Origin: Myxococcales bacterium
Lineage (GTDB): Bacteria; Myxococcota_A; Polyangia; Polyangiales; Houyiibacteriaceae
Assembly (NCBI GenBank): GCA_020430775.1
Contig: JAGQJE010000038.1
Span: 280 to 64,279, forward strand
Reading direction: 5' to 3'
Length of the DNA stretch: 64,000 nt
Shown here: piece after piece, positions 48,064-58,543 of the stretch
How positions within the stretch are numbered: the first letter of the stretch is position 1
Layout of the letters: the number at the start of each line of letters is the position of its first letter
Translations under genes and position numbers: made by a program
Notes under the pieces: model-generated
Seen by the model: only the letters and a program-made list of their open reading frames with translations
What the model was told of the DNA's origin: nothing
Databases searched by the model: none

Positions 48064-49446
48064 TCAACCGCTTCCCGCGGCCCTCCCGTGAGGCACGCGC
48101 GGCGCGAGCCGCTGCTCAATCGCACGAAGGCGGCCTCCGACGGCGCCCTCCGCGAGCGTCGCGAGCCATCCCATCAGCGCCACGACCGCGGTCGCGCCGA
48201 CGAGCACAGCGCCGAGCCCGAGGCGGCTCCGCACCGGGGTCGCGGCGAGACCGAACGCCAGCTCGAGGTGCCACCAGTACGCGAGGAGCGAGTGGCGCCC
48301 GAGCCGCTGGAGCGTCCGCGGCCGCCACGTTCGCGCCAGAGCGTACGACCCGCCGAGCAGCGCGAGGCACCAGCCGAGCTTGTAGCCGAGGCCCGCGATC
48401 GCACGCACGGGCGCGGCCGCGCCGGCGAGCGGCACGAGGTCGGGTGCGCCGGAGTGCAGGGCGACCGCGAGCGTGGCGCCCGCCAGGACCAGCCCGGTGG
48501 ACGCTTCGGCGAGGCGGTCCCGCCGGCGCGCCCAGGCGACGACCCGGCCCACCGCCACGCCGGCGAGCGCGTACGCCGCCCACGGGAAGAGCGGGAACAT
48601 CGCGACGGGCCGCGCCCCTGGGCTTGGCCACCGCGCCACGTACGCGGCCACCGGCCACGGGATCACGCTCGGCAGCGTCGCCTCGAGCGCGGGCGTCGTC
48701 GCGACCACGAGCAGCGCCAGCGCGAGCGCCGCGAGGCCCCGCCTGCAGAGCCCGACCGCCCGCTCACCGAGCGCGAGCAGGACGAGGCATGCGCCGATCG
48801 CCTGGAGGACGTCGACGCGGAGCAGCCCCTCGACGCGACCTGGGGCGACCTGCGTCGCCTGCCACAGCCCGACGCCCCAGAGCGCGACGCCGGGCGCCAC
48901 TCGGCGCCAGAGCGCACCCGCCCGCCCGCTCAGGGCCGCGCGGAGCCCGAGGACGACGAGCGCGATGCCGAGGACGAGCGGGACGAACGCCCGCGCCGCG
49001 CCGACCTGCGCCACCGCGCCCGCGTCGACCAGCCACATCTGCAGCCGCAGCCCGTAGCCAAGCGCCATGATGGAGAGCCCACGCAGCGCGATCTCGGCTT
49101 GCGTGCCGCGCGCTGGCCTCCCGCGCCGGCGCCCGCTCTCGAGCTTCAGCACGACGCTCGCGCCGGCGAGCAAGAAGAAGAGCGGCGCTGCGAGGCCCCC
49201 GGCCACCCGGAGCGCCTCGTACCCGGCGCCCGCCCGGGACGCGGGCGCGAGCCAGCCATCGGCCGTGTGCCACACGATCATCAGCAGGACCGCGAGGCCA
49301 CGGAGGTCGTCTACGAAGGCGAGCCGGCGCGCCGCGCCGCGGGCGTTCGCGCCGCGCTCCCGGGGACCTGGCCGGGGGCCCGCGTCATCGGAGCCGGCGA
49401 CCGCGGGTGGCGCCGCCGGCTCGCCGATCGGGTCGGCGGGCGCCAT
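48064..49446 (-). CDS. DUF1624 / heparan-alpha-glucosaminide N-acetyltransferase-like membrane acyltransferase
   Basis: N-terminal LAFVDDLRGLAVLLMIVWHTADGW motif and about 10 TM segments. Start ATG 49446. Confidence 0.65.
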   Translation of the reverse strand: MAPADPIGEPAAPPAVAGSDDAGPRPGPRERGANARGAARRLAFVDDLRGLAVLLMIVWHTADGWLAPASRAGAGYEALRVAGGLAAPLFFLLAGASVVLKLESGRRRGRPARGTQAEIALRGLSIMALGYGLRLQMWLVDAGAVAQVGAARAFVPLVLGIALVVLGLRAALSGRAGALWRRVAPGVALWGVGLWQATQVAPGRVEGLLRVDVLQAIGACLVLLALGERAVGLCRRGLAALALALLVVATTPALEATLPSVIPWPVAAYVARWPSPGARPVAMFPLFPWAAYALAGVAVGRVVAWARRRDRLAEASTGLVLAGATLAVALHSGAPDLVPLAGAAAPVRAIAGLGYKLGWCLALLGGSYALARTWRPRTLQRLGRHSLLAYWWHLELAFGLAATPVRSRLGLGAVLVGATAVVALMGWLATLAEGAVGGRLRAIEQRLAPRVPHGRAAGSG

Positions 49447-49622
49447 CGAGGCAGAGCAGATCACAGGGTGTCACATCCCCGCCGCGCAGCCCGGGTCGGC
49501 GGCGGGCGCCCCCAGTCGGCGTGGGCGGGGTAGGTTGACTCGGTGGGGGGGCTTTGCTACCCAGCGCCGCGCTCGCGCGCTAGGGTCGAACGTCCCGGCG
49601 CACGGTGGCAAGGAGGCGCGGC

Positions 49623-50564
49623 GTGTTCAAGTCGACGGTGGTGTTCTCGGGGAAGGCGAACCCTGAACTCGCCGAGAAGATCGCCCAATTCCTCGAGCTT
49701 CCGCTCGGGCGGTGCCGCACGCCCCGCTTCAGCGACGGAGAGGTGTTCGCGGAGATCAAGGAGAACGTCCGCGGCGTGGACGTCTACCTCATCCAGCCGA
49801 CCTGCGCGCCCGTCAACGACAACCTGATGGAGCTGCTCGTGATGGTGGACGCGTTGAAGCGGGCCTCCGCCGGCTCCATCACCGCGGTCATCCCCTACTA
49901 CGGCTACGGCCGCCAGGATCGCAAGGCCGCCCCGCGCACCCCGATCACCGCCAAGCTCGTCGCGGATCTGCTCACCGCCTCGGGCATCAACCGTGTCGTC
50001 GCCATGGACCTGCACGCCGGGCAGATCCAGGGCTTCTTCAACGTGCCCTTCGACCACCTCTACGCCATGCCGGTCTTCCTCGACCACCTGAAGCCGCGCT
50101 TCGGCGAGAAGCCGGTCTTCGTCTCGCCCGACGCGGGCGGCACCGAGCGCACGCGCGCGTACGCGAAGCGCATGAGCGCGGACCTGGCCATCATCGACAA
50201 GCGCCGCGCCCGCGCGAACGTCAGCGAAGTCATGCACGTCATCGGCGACGTCGCCGGACGGGACTGCGTCATCCTCGACGACATGATCGACACCGCCGGT
50301 ACGCTCACGAACGCCGCCCGCGCGCTCGACGACAAGGGCGCGCGGACCGTCGTCGCCGCCGCGACGCACCCCGTCCTGTCCGGCCCCGCCATCGAGCGCA
50401 TCGCCGCCTCGCCGCTCAAGGAGGTGATCGTCACCGACACGATCCCGCTCCGCGAGGAGGCGAAGGCGCTCGGCAAGCTGACCGTCTTGTCGGTCGCGCC
50501 GCTGCTCGGCGAGGCCATCAAACGCATTCATAACAGCGACTCGGTGAGCTCGCTGTTCGTCTGA
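49623..50564 (+). CDS. prs: Ribose-phosphate pyrophosphokinase
   Basis: [15 protein letters not shown]...SDGEV...[13 protein letters not shown]...[11 protein letters not shown]...[17 protein letters not shown] 49623 with AGGAGG 6 nt upstream. Confidence 0.9.
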   Translation: MFKSTVVFSGKANPELAEKIAQFLELPLGRCRTPRFSDGEVFAEIKENVRGVDVYLIQPTCAPVNDNLMELLVMVDALKRASAGSITAVIPYYGYGRQDRKAAPRTPITAKLVADLLTASGINRVVAMDLHAGQIQGFFNVPFDHLYAMPVFLDHLKPRFGEKPVFVSPDAGGTERTRAYAKRMSADLAIIDKRRARANVSEVMHVIGDVAGRDCVILDDMIDTAGTLTNAARALDDKGARTVVAAATHPVLSGPAIERIAASPLKEVIVTDTIPLREEAKALGKLTVLSVAPLLGEAIKRIHNSDSVSSLFV

Positions 50565-50587
50565 GACTTCACAGGAGTTGATCGCTG

Positions 50588-51223
50588 ATGGACACCACGA
50601 CGTTGCAGGCTGAGGTCCGCAAGGAACGCGGAAAGGGGCCGGCGCGTCGGCTGCGCGCAGAGGGTAAGCTGCCGGCCGTGCTCTACGGTCCCGGAGGCGC
50701 GCCCGCGCTGCTGACCGTCTCCCCGAAGGAGTTGACCAAGGCGCTTCGGGCCCCACACGGTCGGAACACGCTCTTCATGCTCACGCACGAGGGCGCGACG
50801 GAGCTCGCGATGGTGAAGGATCTCGCGGTCGATCCCGTCAGCCGCGCCCCGCTCCACGTCGACTTCTACCGCGTGAGCGCCGATCGCCCCCTCGAGGTGA
50901 CGGTGCCCTTCCACACGGACGGACGGCCGAAGGGCGTCGTCCGCGGCGGCGTCCTGCACGTGACGACGCGCGAGCTGCCGCTCCGGGCGCTCCCGGGCCG
51001 CATCCCGGTCGAGATCCGCGTCGACATCCGCGAGCTCGACATCCACGACCACCTCTCCGTGGCGGAGCTCTCCCTCCCAGAGGGCGCGGTCTGCACGCTG
51101 CCGCCGAAGCACACGCTGGTCGTCGTCGTCGAGGACAAGCACGCCGCGGCGCCGGGTGAGGCAGAGGAGGGCGCGGCGGCTCCGGCGGCGGAGGGCGCGC
51201 CCGCGGCGACGCCCGCCGGCTAG
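50588..51223 (+). CDS. rplY: 50S ribosomal protein L25 / general stress protein Ctc
   Basis: LQAEVRKERGKGPARRLRAEGKLPAVLYG...; two-domain Ctc form with acidic/Ala tail. Confidence 0.85.
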   Translation: MDTTTLQAEVRKERGKGPARRLRAEGKLPAVLYGPGGAPALLTVSPKELTKALRAPHGRNTLFMLTHEGATELAMVKDLAVDPVSRAPLHVDFYRVSADRPLEVTVPFHTDGRPKGVVRGGVLHVTTRELPLRALPGRIPVEIRVDIRELDIHDHLSVAELSLPEGAVCTLPPKHTLVVVVEDKHAAAPGEAEEGAAAPAAEGAPAATPAG

Positions 51224-51232
51224 CAGGCAGCC

Positions 51233-51787
51233 ATGTACTTGATCGTCGGCCTCGGGAACCCGGGGCCGAAGTACGCCGGGAACCGACACAACGTTGGGTT
51301 CATGGTCGCCGAGCGGCTCGCCGCGCGTTGGGGTGCCCCGGCGTTTCGCGCAAAGCTCAAGGGCGTCTTCACGAAGGCGCGCTTCGCCGGCGAAGACGCG
51401 GTCCTGCTCTGCCCGCAGACCTACATGAACCTGAGCGGAGAGTCGGTGCAGGCGGCGATGCGCTTCTTCAAGGTGCCGGGGGAGCGCCTCGTCTGCATCC
51501 ACGATGAGCTCGACCTCCCCTTCGGGACGCTGCGCGTCAAAGTGGGTGGCGGCACGGCCGGCCACAACGGGCTGCGGTCCATCGTGCAGCACCTCGGTGA
51601 CGGCGACTTCGTCCGGCTGCGCTTCGGGATCGACCGCCCTCGCTCGGGACAGGTCGTCGGCTACGTGCTGAGCGACTTCGACACCAGCGAGCGCGCCGAG
51701 CTGCCGGACCTGCTCGAGCGGGGCTGCGACATGGTCGAGTCCGTCGTGCGCGACGGCCCGCGCGCCGCGATGAACGCCTATCACTGA
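51233..51787 (+). CDS. pth: Peptidyl-tRNA hydrolase
   Basis: MYLIVGLGNPGPKYAGNRHNVGFMV...THDELDLPFG...GGTAGHNGLRS pattern. Confidence 0.9.
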   Translation: MYLIVGLGNPGPKYAGNRHNVGFMVAERLAARWGAPAFRAKLKGVFTKARFAGEDAVLLCPQTYMNLSGESVQAAMRFFKVPGERLVCIHDELDLPFGTLRVKVGGGTAGHNGLRSIVQHLGDGDFVRLRFGIDRPRSGQVVGYVLSDFDTSERAELPDLLERGCDMVESVVRDGPRAAMNAYH

Positions 51788-51881
51788 TCGGCCTTCGCCG
51801 CTGGCGTAGGGCGGCCCCGTGGGCTATGACCCGCGCCCTCGCTCCGGCCCACGCGCCGGGGCCATCTGTCCAGGAGGAACC

Positions 51882-52484
51882 TTGTCCAAATCATCCGCAA
51901 GCGCCGCGAGCGCGATCGAGCCGACCGCGCTGCGCCGAGCGCGCAAGTACGAGCTCATCTACATCCTTCGCCCGAACGTCGACACCGAGGGCGCCGAGAA
52001 GGTCGCGGAGCGCATCCGTGAGGTGGTCGAGCGCCTCGAAGGCAAGCTCACGAAGGTCGACAACTGGGGCAAGCGCCGCCTCGCCTACCCCATCCGGAAG
52101 TTCACCCGCGGCATCTTCGTGTACGTCGAGGTCGCCGGGTATGGCGACCTCGTGGCCGAGCTCGACCGCAACCTCGGTCTGCTCGAGTCGGTCATCCGCC
52201 ACCAGACCGTCCTCACCGATCCGTCCGTCGACATCGAGTCCATCGTGGTCGACCCGGACGAGGTCACGTTCCTGCCGGTCGAGCAGGGCGAAGAAGAGCC
52301 CGACGAGGACCGCGCGGTCCGTCTCGGCCTCGTCGACGCGCGGCCGGAGCGTTCGCGGGCCGACGGCGGCGACGACGACGGCGGCGACGATGACGACGAC
52401 GTCGGCGACGACGAGGACGATGACGACGGCGACGACCGGGGCCGGTCGAGGCGGCCTGGCCGCTCGCGTGAGGAAGAGGAGTAG
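51882..52484 (+). CDS. rpsF: 30S ribosomal protein S6 with long poly-acidic C-terminal extension
   Basis: YELIYILRPNVDTEGAEKVAERI...VDNWGKRRLAYPIRK. TTG 51882 preceded by AGGAGGA. Tail DGGDDDGGDDDDDVGDDEDDDDGDD. Confidence 0.8.
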   Translation: MSKSSASAASAIEPTALRRARKYELIYILRPNVDTEGAEKVAERIREVVERLEGKLTKVDNWGKRRLAYPIRKFTRGIFVYVEVAGYGDLVAELDRNLGLLESVIRHQTVLTDPSVDIESIVVDPDEVTFLPVEQGEEEPDEDRAVRLGLVDARPERSRADGGDDDGGDDDDDVGDDEDDDDGDDRGRSRRPGRSREEEE

Positions 52485-52490
52485 GCCGCC

Positions 52491-52820
52491 ATGCGTGACG
52501 AAGAACAGAACGACGAGTCGATGATCCCCGAGTCCGGCGCGCCCAAGGGCACCGTCGTCCGGGAGGGGCGCGCGGACGCTGATCCGCTCGGCATCCGCCG
52601 CCGTCGCGGTGGCAAGAAGCGGGCGCCGTCGTTCACGGCCGACCCGGACTTCCACTTCGACTACAAAGACCCCCAGCAGCTCAAGTACTTCATCACCGAT
52701 CGCGGCAAGATCGTCCCCCGACGCATCAGCGGGCTCTCGTCGAAGCAGCAGCGCGAGCTGACGATCGCCATCAAGCGGGCGCGCAACATCGCGCTCTTGC
52801 CGTACACCGCGGGCAAGTGA
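52491..52820 (+). CDS. rpsR: 30S ribosomal protein S18 (N-terminally extended)
   Basis: [51 protein letters not shown]. Confidence 0.85.
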   Translation: MRDEEQNDESMIPESGAPKGTVVREGRADADPLGIRRRRGGKKRAPSFTADPDFHFDYKDPQQLKYFITDRGKIVPRRISGLSSKQQRELTIAIKRARNIALLPYTAGK

Positions 52821-52827
52821 GGTCGAG

Positions 52828-53289
52828 ATGGCAGCCACCGTCCAAGTAGTCCTCAAGCAGGACGTCGACAACCTCGGCGCGATCGGCGAGGTCGTGCGCG
52901 TGCGCCGCGGCTACGCGCGCAACTACCTGCTGCCGCGCGGCGCCGCCGTCATTGCGACCCGAGGCAACGTGCGCCAGCTCGAGCACGAGCGCGCGCTCGC
53001 AGAGCAGAAGGCCGCGAAGCTGCGCGCCCAGTACGAGAAGATGGCCGCCGAGCTGGCTGGGCTGGTCGTGATGATGCCGGTCGAGGCCGGCGACGACGGC
53101 AAGCTCTTCGGCTCCGTCACGGCGCAGGACGTCGTCGACGCGCTCCACAGCCGCAACATCGAGGTCGAACGCAAGAAGCTCATCATGCCGCCCGACCTGA
53201 TCAAGATGGTCGGCGACTACGAGGTCGGCGTGCAGATGCCCTACGGCGTCACGGGCACCTTCAAGCTGACCGTCAAGACCAAGGCCTGA
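52828..53289 (+). CDS. rplI: 50S ribosomal protein L9
   Basis: VQVVLKQDVDNLGAIGEVVRVRRGYARNYLLPRGAAV. Confidence 0.9.
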   Translation: MAATVQVVLKQDVDNLGAIGEVVRVRRGYARNYLLPRGAAVIATRGNVRQLEHERALAEQKAAKLRAQYEKMAAELAGLVVMMPVEAGDDGKLFGSVTAQDVVDALHSRNIEVERKKLIMPPDLIKMVGDYEVGVQMPYGVTGTFKLTVKTKA

Positions 53290-53311
53290 GCGCAGCAGAG
53301 ACGTCCGAGAC

Positions 53312-53344
53312 GAGCGCCCGCGCGGGGAGACCGTGCGGGCGCTC
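53312..53344 (+). terminator. GC-rich hairpin after rplI (no U-tract)
   Basis: GAGCGCCCGC (53312-21) pairs perfectly with GCGGGCGCTC (53335-44), 13-nt loop. Confidence 0.35.
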
Positions 53345-53470
53345 GACGTTGCGGCCCGAGCCTGGCGCCGGGTCTCAGCGATGAGTCTTGGACGCGCGCC
53401 ACCCTTGCCCTATTAACCCGTACGCCCGCGCGGTCGCAGCCTCCGAGCGCGACCGGCGTTCGCCGGTGCC

Positions 53471-54871
53471 ATGTCGCAGCCACCTCTGAAAGCCCTCCAA
53501 GCGGGCCGCGTCCCGCCGAGCGCCCTCGACGCCGAGCGCGCGGTGTTGGGAGGCGTCCTGCTCGAGAACGACGCGATGAACGTCATCGCCGATTTCCTCG
53601 AGCCCGAGGACTTTTACAGCGACGCGAACGCGCTCATCTACGACACGATCAAGCGGCTCTTCGTGCGGGGGCAGCCGATGGACCAGATCACCGTCCGCGA
53701 AGAGCTCGCGCTCATGCAGAAGCTCTCGGCGGTCGGTGGCGACGAGTACCTGCTCTCGCTCCACGAGACGATCCCGACCGTCAAGAACATCGAGGCCCAC
53801 GCCCACCTCGTCAAGGAGAAGGCGCAGGTGCGGCGGCTGATCACCGCATGTCACGAGATCGCCGGCGCGGGCTACGGCGACTACGGCGAGCTCGAGAGCT
53901 TCCTCGACCACGCCGAGGCCGCCATCTTCAACGTCGCCAAGACCCGCACGCGCAACCCCTACTCGCACGTGCGTGAGGTCGTGAAGGCGACCTTCGAGGA
54001 GATCCACGCGATGTCCGAGCGTGGTGACGACATCACGGGGATGCCGACCGGCTTCACGAAGCTCGACTCGATGACCGCCGGCATGCACGCGGGCGACCTC
54101 ATCATCGTCGCCGGACGCCCCGGCATGGGCAAGACGGCGTTCGCGCTCAACGTCTCGCTGAACGCCTGCATTCGCGCGCAGCAGGCCGTCGCGGTCTTCT
54201 CGCTCGAGATGCCGAAGGAGCAGCTCGTGCGCCGCATGCTCGGCAGCGAGGCGCGCGTCGACGGCAACCGGCTGCGCACGGGGCGCCTCCAGCGCGACGA
54301 CTGGCCGAAGCTCGTCCAGGCCGCGGGCATGCTGAGCGATCTGCCCGTGTTCATCGATGATACGCCGGCCATCTCGGTGCTGGAGCTCCGCGCGAAAGCC
54401 CGGCGGCTCAAGTCCGAGCACGACCTCGGCCTGCTCATGGTCGACTACCTCCAGCTCATGCGCTCGGGGTCGCGGAACGACTCACGCGAGCAGGAGATCA
54501 GCGAGATCAGCCGAAACCTCAAGGCGCTCGCGAAGGAGCTGAGCATCCCGGTGATCGCGCTGTCGCAGCTCAACCGTGGGGTCGAGAGCCGCAGCAACAA
54601 GGACAAGCGCCCGCAGCTCGCCGATCTGCGCGAATCGGGCGCCATCGAGCAGGACGCCGACACCATCTGGTTCATTTACCGCGACGAGGTCTACAACCGC
54701 GACAGCGACGACCGTGGCATCGCGGAGATCATCGTCGGCAAGCAGCGCGCCGGGGCCACCGGGATCTGCCGCGTGCGCTTCTTCAACGAGTACACGCGCT
54801 TCGATAATCTCGCGGACGACGACTTCGGCGGCCCGGACAGCGGCGGCGCCCACGCGTTCAGCGACGCCTGA
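53471..54871 (+). CDS. dnaB: Replicative DNA helicase DnaB
   Basis: PPSALDAERAVLGGVLL..., Walker A AGRPGMGKTAFAL, SLEM, VDYLQLM, IALSQLNR. Normal length, so no intein. Confidence 0.95.
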   Translation: MSQPPLKALQAGRVPPSALDAERAVLGGVLLENDAMNVIADFLEPEDFYSDANALIYDTIKRLFVRGQPMDQITVREELALMQKLSAVGGDEYLLSLHETIPTVKNIEAHAHLVKEKAQVRRLITACHEIAGAGYGDYGELESFLDHAEAAIFNVAKTRTRNPYSHVREVVKATFEEIHAMSERGDDITGMPTGFTKLDSMTAGMHAGDLIIVAGRPGMGKTAFALNVSLNACIRAQQAVAVFSLEMPKEQLVRRMLGSEARVDGNRLRTGRLQRDDWPKLVQAAGMLSDLPVFIDDTPAISVLELRAKARRLKSEHDLGLLMVDYLQLMRSGSRNDSREQEISEISRNLKALAKELSIPVIALSQLNRGVESRSNKDKRPQLADLRESGAIEQDADTIWFIYRDEVYNRDSDDRGIAEIIVGKQRAGATGICRVRFFNEYTRFDNLADDDFGGPDSGGAHAFSDA

Positions 54872-55106
54872 GCGCAGCGCGGCGGCGCCCCGGACGGGCA
54901 CGGGTCGGCACGCCACCCCCTCCCGGTGCGTTGCGGCGCGCGCACACTCCGAAGCGGTCTCCACCCTGCGGGCAACCTGCCCCGTGGCGCGGAGCGACGT
55001 CCGCTGCGCAGGCAAAAGTCTTCACAGATCCGCCCCGACCGGTTAGCCTCGGGCGCGGTCCGAGGTGGCCTATCCTCGTTCGGGGTAGGGCCGGGCCGAG
55101 TGGGAG

Positions 55107-56633
55107 ATGGCTATGCGAAGATCACTGGTCTTGGGAGGGGTTCTTGCGTCGCTGGCGCTGGCGATGGTGCTGGTACCCGGGCGGGCCTCCGCAAACGGGT
55201 TCGAGCTGCCCGGCGCCAGCACCCGGGCGCTCGGACGTGGCGACGCGTTCGTGGCGCGTTCCGACGAGCCGACCACCTTGCTCTACGACCCAGCGAACCT
55301 CGCCGACCTCGGTGGCGTGCAGCTCAACCTCAACGTCAACAACCTCATCACGCATAGCTGCGCGACGCTTACGGGCGCATACCCGGACGGCACGCCGTAC
55401 CCGAAGGTCTGCAACAGCGGTACCTTCGCGCCGGTCCCGCAGATCGCGGTGTCTTGGCGAGTGACCGACAAGGTCGGGCTCGGGATCGGCATCTTCGCGC
55501 CGGTGTCCCCCGGGTTCAGCCAGAAGTTCGGCAGCAGCGAGAAGGGCGACATCCCGCCCGGTCTCATCGACGTCGATGTCAACGGCATGACGGAGCGGCG
55601 CGCGGCGCCTACGCGCTACCAGCTCATCGAAGAAGACCTCATCGTGCTCCACCCGACCATCGGCATCGGCGTCGCGCTCAACGACCGGGTGCGGGTGGGC
55701 TTCGCGTTTTCGTCGACCATCGTGCTCAACAAGTTCACCACTGCGGTGGCCGCGTTCGGCGGCACCGACCCGAGAAACGACATCGTGTCGAAGATCAACG
55801 TCCACGATTGGTTCGTCCCCGGCATCACCATGTCGATACACGCGGTGCCGATCGACAGCCTCGACGTGGTCGCCGCGTTCATCTGGCGGGACAAGATCCG
55901 GGGCAAAGGCGACATCTCCTTGTGGCCGCTCGCTTACCGCAACGTGGGCAGCGGGATGTCCGGCATGAACATGAACGAGGGTTTTCAGAAGTTCAGCGGG
56001 GCTCGCCTGACCGCGGGCTATCCGTGGCGGCTGAGCTTCGGCCTGCGCTACGCGTCGCGGATCGTGCCGCGCATCAAGGACCGCGCGGCGGCCGAGAAGG
56101 CGAGCGGCAAGGTCGAAGACCAGATGAAGAACGAGCGCTGGGACATCGAGGGTGACATCGTCTACTCGGGCACGAGCGAAGTGGACGCCTTTGTCGTGCG
56201 CCCGCCTGCCGGGATGGTCTCGGTGGACGGCATCCCGATCCCGCTTCCCGAGGAGCTCACGATTCCGCACCAGTGGCGCAACGAGCTGTCCGTTCGGGTC
56301 GGTGGCGACTGGAACGTCCTCCCCGGGAGGTTCACCATGCGCGCTGGCTTCTCGTTCGAGAACGGCGCCGCGCCGAAGAGCCTTACGAACCTCGACTTTC
56401 AGCCCTTCCGCCGGTACGGAATCCACGCCGGCGGGACGCTGCGCATCAAGCGCACCGACCTCTCGCTCGCCTACGCCTTCTTCCGCAACGAGAACGTGGA
56501 CTTGACGAAGACGCGAGCAGCTCTCCCACAGATCGTCGGCGTCCCGAACACCGCGGGGGCCGTCGTCAACGCCGGCCGGTATCGGTCCTGGTACAACGTG
56601 ATCGGCGGGTCCATCAACGTGCACCTGCGCTGA
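55107..56633 (+). CDS. Outer-membrane transport protein, OMPP1/FadL/TodX family
   Basis: Signal ...LVPGRASA, then NGFELPGASTRALGRGDAFVARSDEPTTLLYDPANLA. Beta-barrel-like alternating pattern and aromatic-rich C-terminus. Confidence 0.8.
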   Translation: MAMRRSLVLGGVLASLALAMVLVPGRASANGFELPGASTRALGRGDAFVARSDEPTTLLYDPANLADLGGVQLNLNVNNLITHSCATLTGAYPDGTPYPKVCNSGTFAPVPQIAVSWRVTDKVGLGIGIFAPVSPGFSQKFGSSEKGDIPPGLIDVDVNGMTERRAAPTRYQLIEEDLIVLHPTIGIGVALNDRVRVGFAFSSTIVLNKFTTAVAAFGGTDPRNDIVSKINVHDWFVPGITMSIHAVPIDSLDVVAAFIWRDKIRGKGDISLWPLAYRNVGSGMSGMNMNEGFQKFSGARLTAGYPWRLSFGLRYASRIVPRIKDRAAAEKASGKVEDQMKNERWDIEGDIVYSGTSEVDAFVVRPPAGMVSVDGIPIPLPEELTIPHQWRNELSVRVGGDWNVLPGRFTMRAGFSFENGAAPKSLTNLDFQPFRRYGIHAGGTLRIKRTDLSLAYAFFRNENVDLTKTRAALPQIVGVPNTAGAVVNAGRYRSWYNVIGGSINVHLR

Positions 56634-56691
56634 GGCGACCGCGTCGAAAAGGCGCTCACTGCCTGCGCGACGCCGCCTACACGCTCACCGC

Positions 56692-56740
56692 ACGCGAAGA
56701 AGCCGCCCCCTCGGTCGAGAGGTGGGCGGCTTCTTCGCGT
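56692..56740. terminator. Very stable hairpin between convergent fadL-like and pntB genes (candidate bidirectional terminator)
   Basis: ACGCGAAGAAGCCGCCC (56692-708) pairs perfectly with GGGCGGCTTCTTCGCGT (56724-40). No clear U-tract. Confidence 0.5.
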
Positions 56741-56765
56741 GCGGGGGCTAGGTCAGCGGGCTCGC

Positions 56766-58202
56766 TCAGAGCGCCTTGACCTCGGCGATGAGCGACTGGA
56801 GCACGTCCTTCGCGTCGCCGAAGATCATCATCGTGTTCGGGTACTCGAAGAGTTCGTTCTTGATGCCGGCGTAGCCGGGGCTGAGGCTCCGCTTGACGAC
56901 GAAGACCGACTGGCTCTCGTAGGCGTTCAGGATGGGCATGCCGTAGATGGGGCTGCTCGGGTCCTTGTTCGCGACGGGGTTCACGACGTCGTTCGCGCCG
57001 AGGATGATCGACACGTCGGTGTCGGCGAAGTCGCCGTTGATGAGGTCCATCTCGACGAGCTGCTCGTAGGGGACGTCCGCCTCGGCGAGCAGCACGTTCA
57101 TGTGTCCGGGCATGCGGCCCGCGACAGGGTGGATGGCGTAGCGGACCTTGGTGCCGCGCTTCTCGAGCTCGGTCGCGAACTCGCGGGTCGCGTGCTGCGC
57201 CTGCGCCACCGCGAGGCCGTAGCCCGGCACGATGATGACCGACTCGGCGGTCTCGAGGACCATCGCGGCCTCCTCGGGGCCGCACGACTTGACGTTCTTG
57301 TATTCGCTCGAGCCTCCGGACTCCCCGCTCGCCTCGGTCGCGCCGAACCCGCCGATGAGCACGTTCAGCAGCGACCGGTTCATCGCGACGCACATGATCT
57401 GCGTGAGGATGAGACCCGCCGCGCCGACCATCGCGCCCGCCACGATGAGCAGGACGTTGCCGATGACGAAGCCGGCCATCGACGCCGCGATGCCGGAGTA
57501 GCTGTTGAGCAGCGAGACGACGACGGGCATGTCGGCGCCGCCGATCGGGATGGTCAGGAGCACGCCGAGCACGAGCGACACCACCGCGAGGAGGATGCAG
57601 GGGATCCACGCGGTGTCCGCGCCGGCGCGGTACAGCCAGACCGACAGCACGACCGCTGCGACGGCGAGCGCGACGTTGATCACGTGCCGGCTCGGCAAGA
57701 GAATCGGCTGCCCCTTCTTGAGTCGCCCTTGGAGCTTCAAGAGCGCGACGAGGCTGCCCGTGAAGGTCACGGAGCCGACGATGATCGACAGGGCGACCGT
57801 GATGGCCTGCGCGCCGCCCATCGTGTCCGCGACGCTCGTCGTCGGGTGGGCCTGCTCGATGTCGAGCCAGAACACCGACACGCCGACCAGGGCCGAGGCG
57901 AGACCGCCGAAGCCGTTGAAGAGGGCGACCATCTCGGGCATGGCGGTCATCTCGACGCGGATCGCGAAGACCGCGCCGATGATGGTCCCGACGATCACGC
58001 CGCCGATGATCCAGCGGTAGTCGATGAGGCCGAGCTCGAGCAGCGCGCCGACGATGGCGAGGAGCATGCCGAGCGCGGCCACCGCGTTGCCGCGGCGGGC
58101 GGTGCGGACCTTCGCGAGATCCTTGATGCCGAGGATGAACAGGACGGTCGACGCGATGTAGACGAGCGGCGCGACCGTGTGCTGGAGGGCGTCCGAGGTC
58201 AT
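56766..58202 (-). CDS. pntB: NAD(P) transhydrogenase subunit beta
   Basis: N-terminal TM domain plus C-terminal dIII (...IIVPGYGLAVAQAQH...VRYAIHPVAGRMPGHMNVLLAEA...). Confidence 0.9.
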   Translation of the reverse strand: MTSDALQHTVAPLVYIASTVLFILGIKDLAKVRTARRGNAVAALGMLLAIVGALLELGLIDYRWIIGGVIVGTIIGAVFAIRVEMTAMPEMVALFNGFGGLASALVGVSVFWLDIEQAHPTTSVADTMGGAQAITVALSIIVGSVTFTGSLVALLKLQGRLKKGQPILLPSRHVINVALAVAAVVLSVWLYRAGADTAWIPCILLAVVSLVLGVLLTIPIGGADMPVVVSLLNSYSGIAASMAGFVIGNVLLIVAGAMVGAAGLILTQIMCVAMNRSLLNVLIGGFGATEASGESGGSSEYKNVKSCGPEEAAMVLETAESVIIVPGYGLAVAQAQHATREFATELEKRGTKVRYAIHPVAGRMPGHMNVLLAEADVPYEQLVEMDLINGDFADTDVSIILGANDVVNPVANKDPSSPIYGMPILNAYESQSVFVVKRSLSPGYAGIKNELFEYPNTMMIFGDAKDVLQSLIAEVKAL

Positions 58203-58206
58203 GCGC

Positions 58207-58503
58207 TCACTTCCGCTTCTTCTTGCTGCCGAACATGCGGAGCATGCGGTCGGTGACGAGGAAGCCGCCGACCACGTTGATCGTCGCGGTGCAGACGGCG
58301 ATCGCGCCGAGGATGTTCGCGACGGTGGGCTGGGCGGTCGTCGCGGCCGCGAACGCGCCCACGATGGTGATGCCGCTGATCGCGTTCGCGCCGCTCATCA
58401 GCGGGGTGTGCAGGGTCGGGGGTACCTTGGTGATCATCTCGAAGCCGACGAAGCTCGCGAGGATGAACACGTACAGCCCCATCAACAGGGGTCCCATCGT
58501 CAT
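58207..58503 (-). CDS. pntAB: NAD(P) transhydrogenase subunit alpha part 2 (membrane)
   Basis: MTMGPLLMGLYVFILASFVGFEMITKVPPTLHTPLMSGANAISGITIVGA. Start ATG 58503. Confidence 0.85.
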   Translation of the reverse strand: MTMGPLLMGLYVFILASFVGFEMITKVPPTLHTPLMSGANAISGITIVGAFAAATTAQPTVANILGAIAVCTATINVVGGFLVTDRMLRMFGSKKKRK

Positions 58504-58543
58504 GGGTTGGCTCCTTGGTCGAAAGTGAGCGTCGGCATCGGCG

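Noticed and set aside
47239-49533. 764-aa plus-strand ORF, 46607-48067 minus-strand ORF, and the large ORFs 59930-62242 (-) and 62401-63894 (-)
   Set aside because: These are off-frame or antisense translations across the XRE/DUF1624, tkt and feoB genes. Extreme Arg/Pro/Glu content and no recognisable domains.
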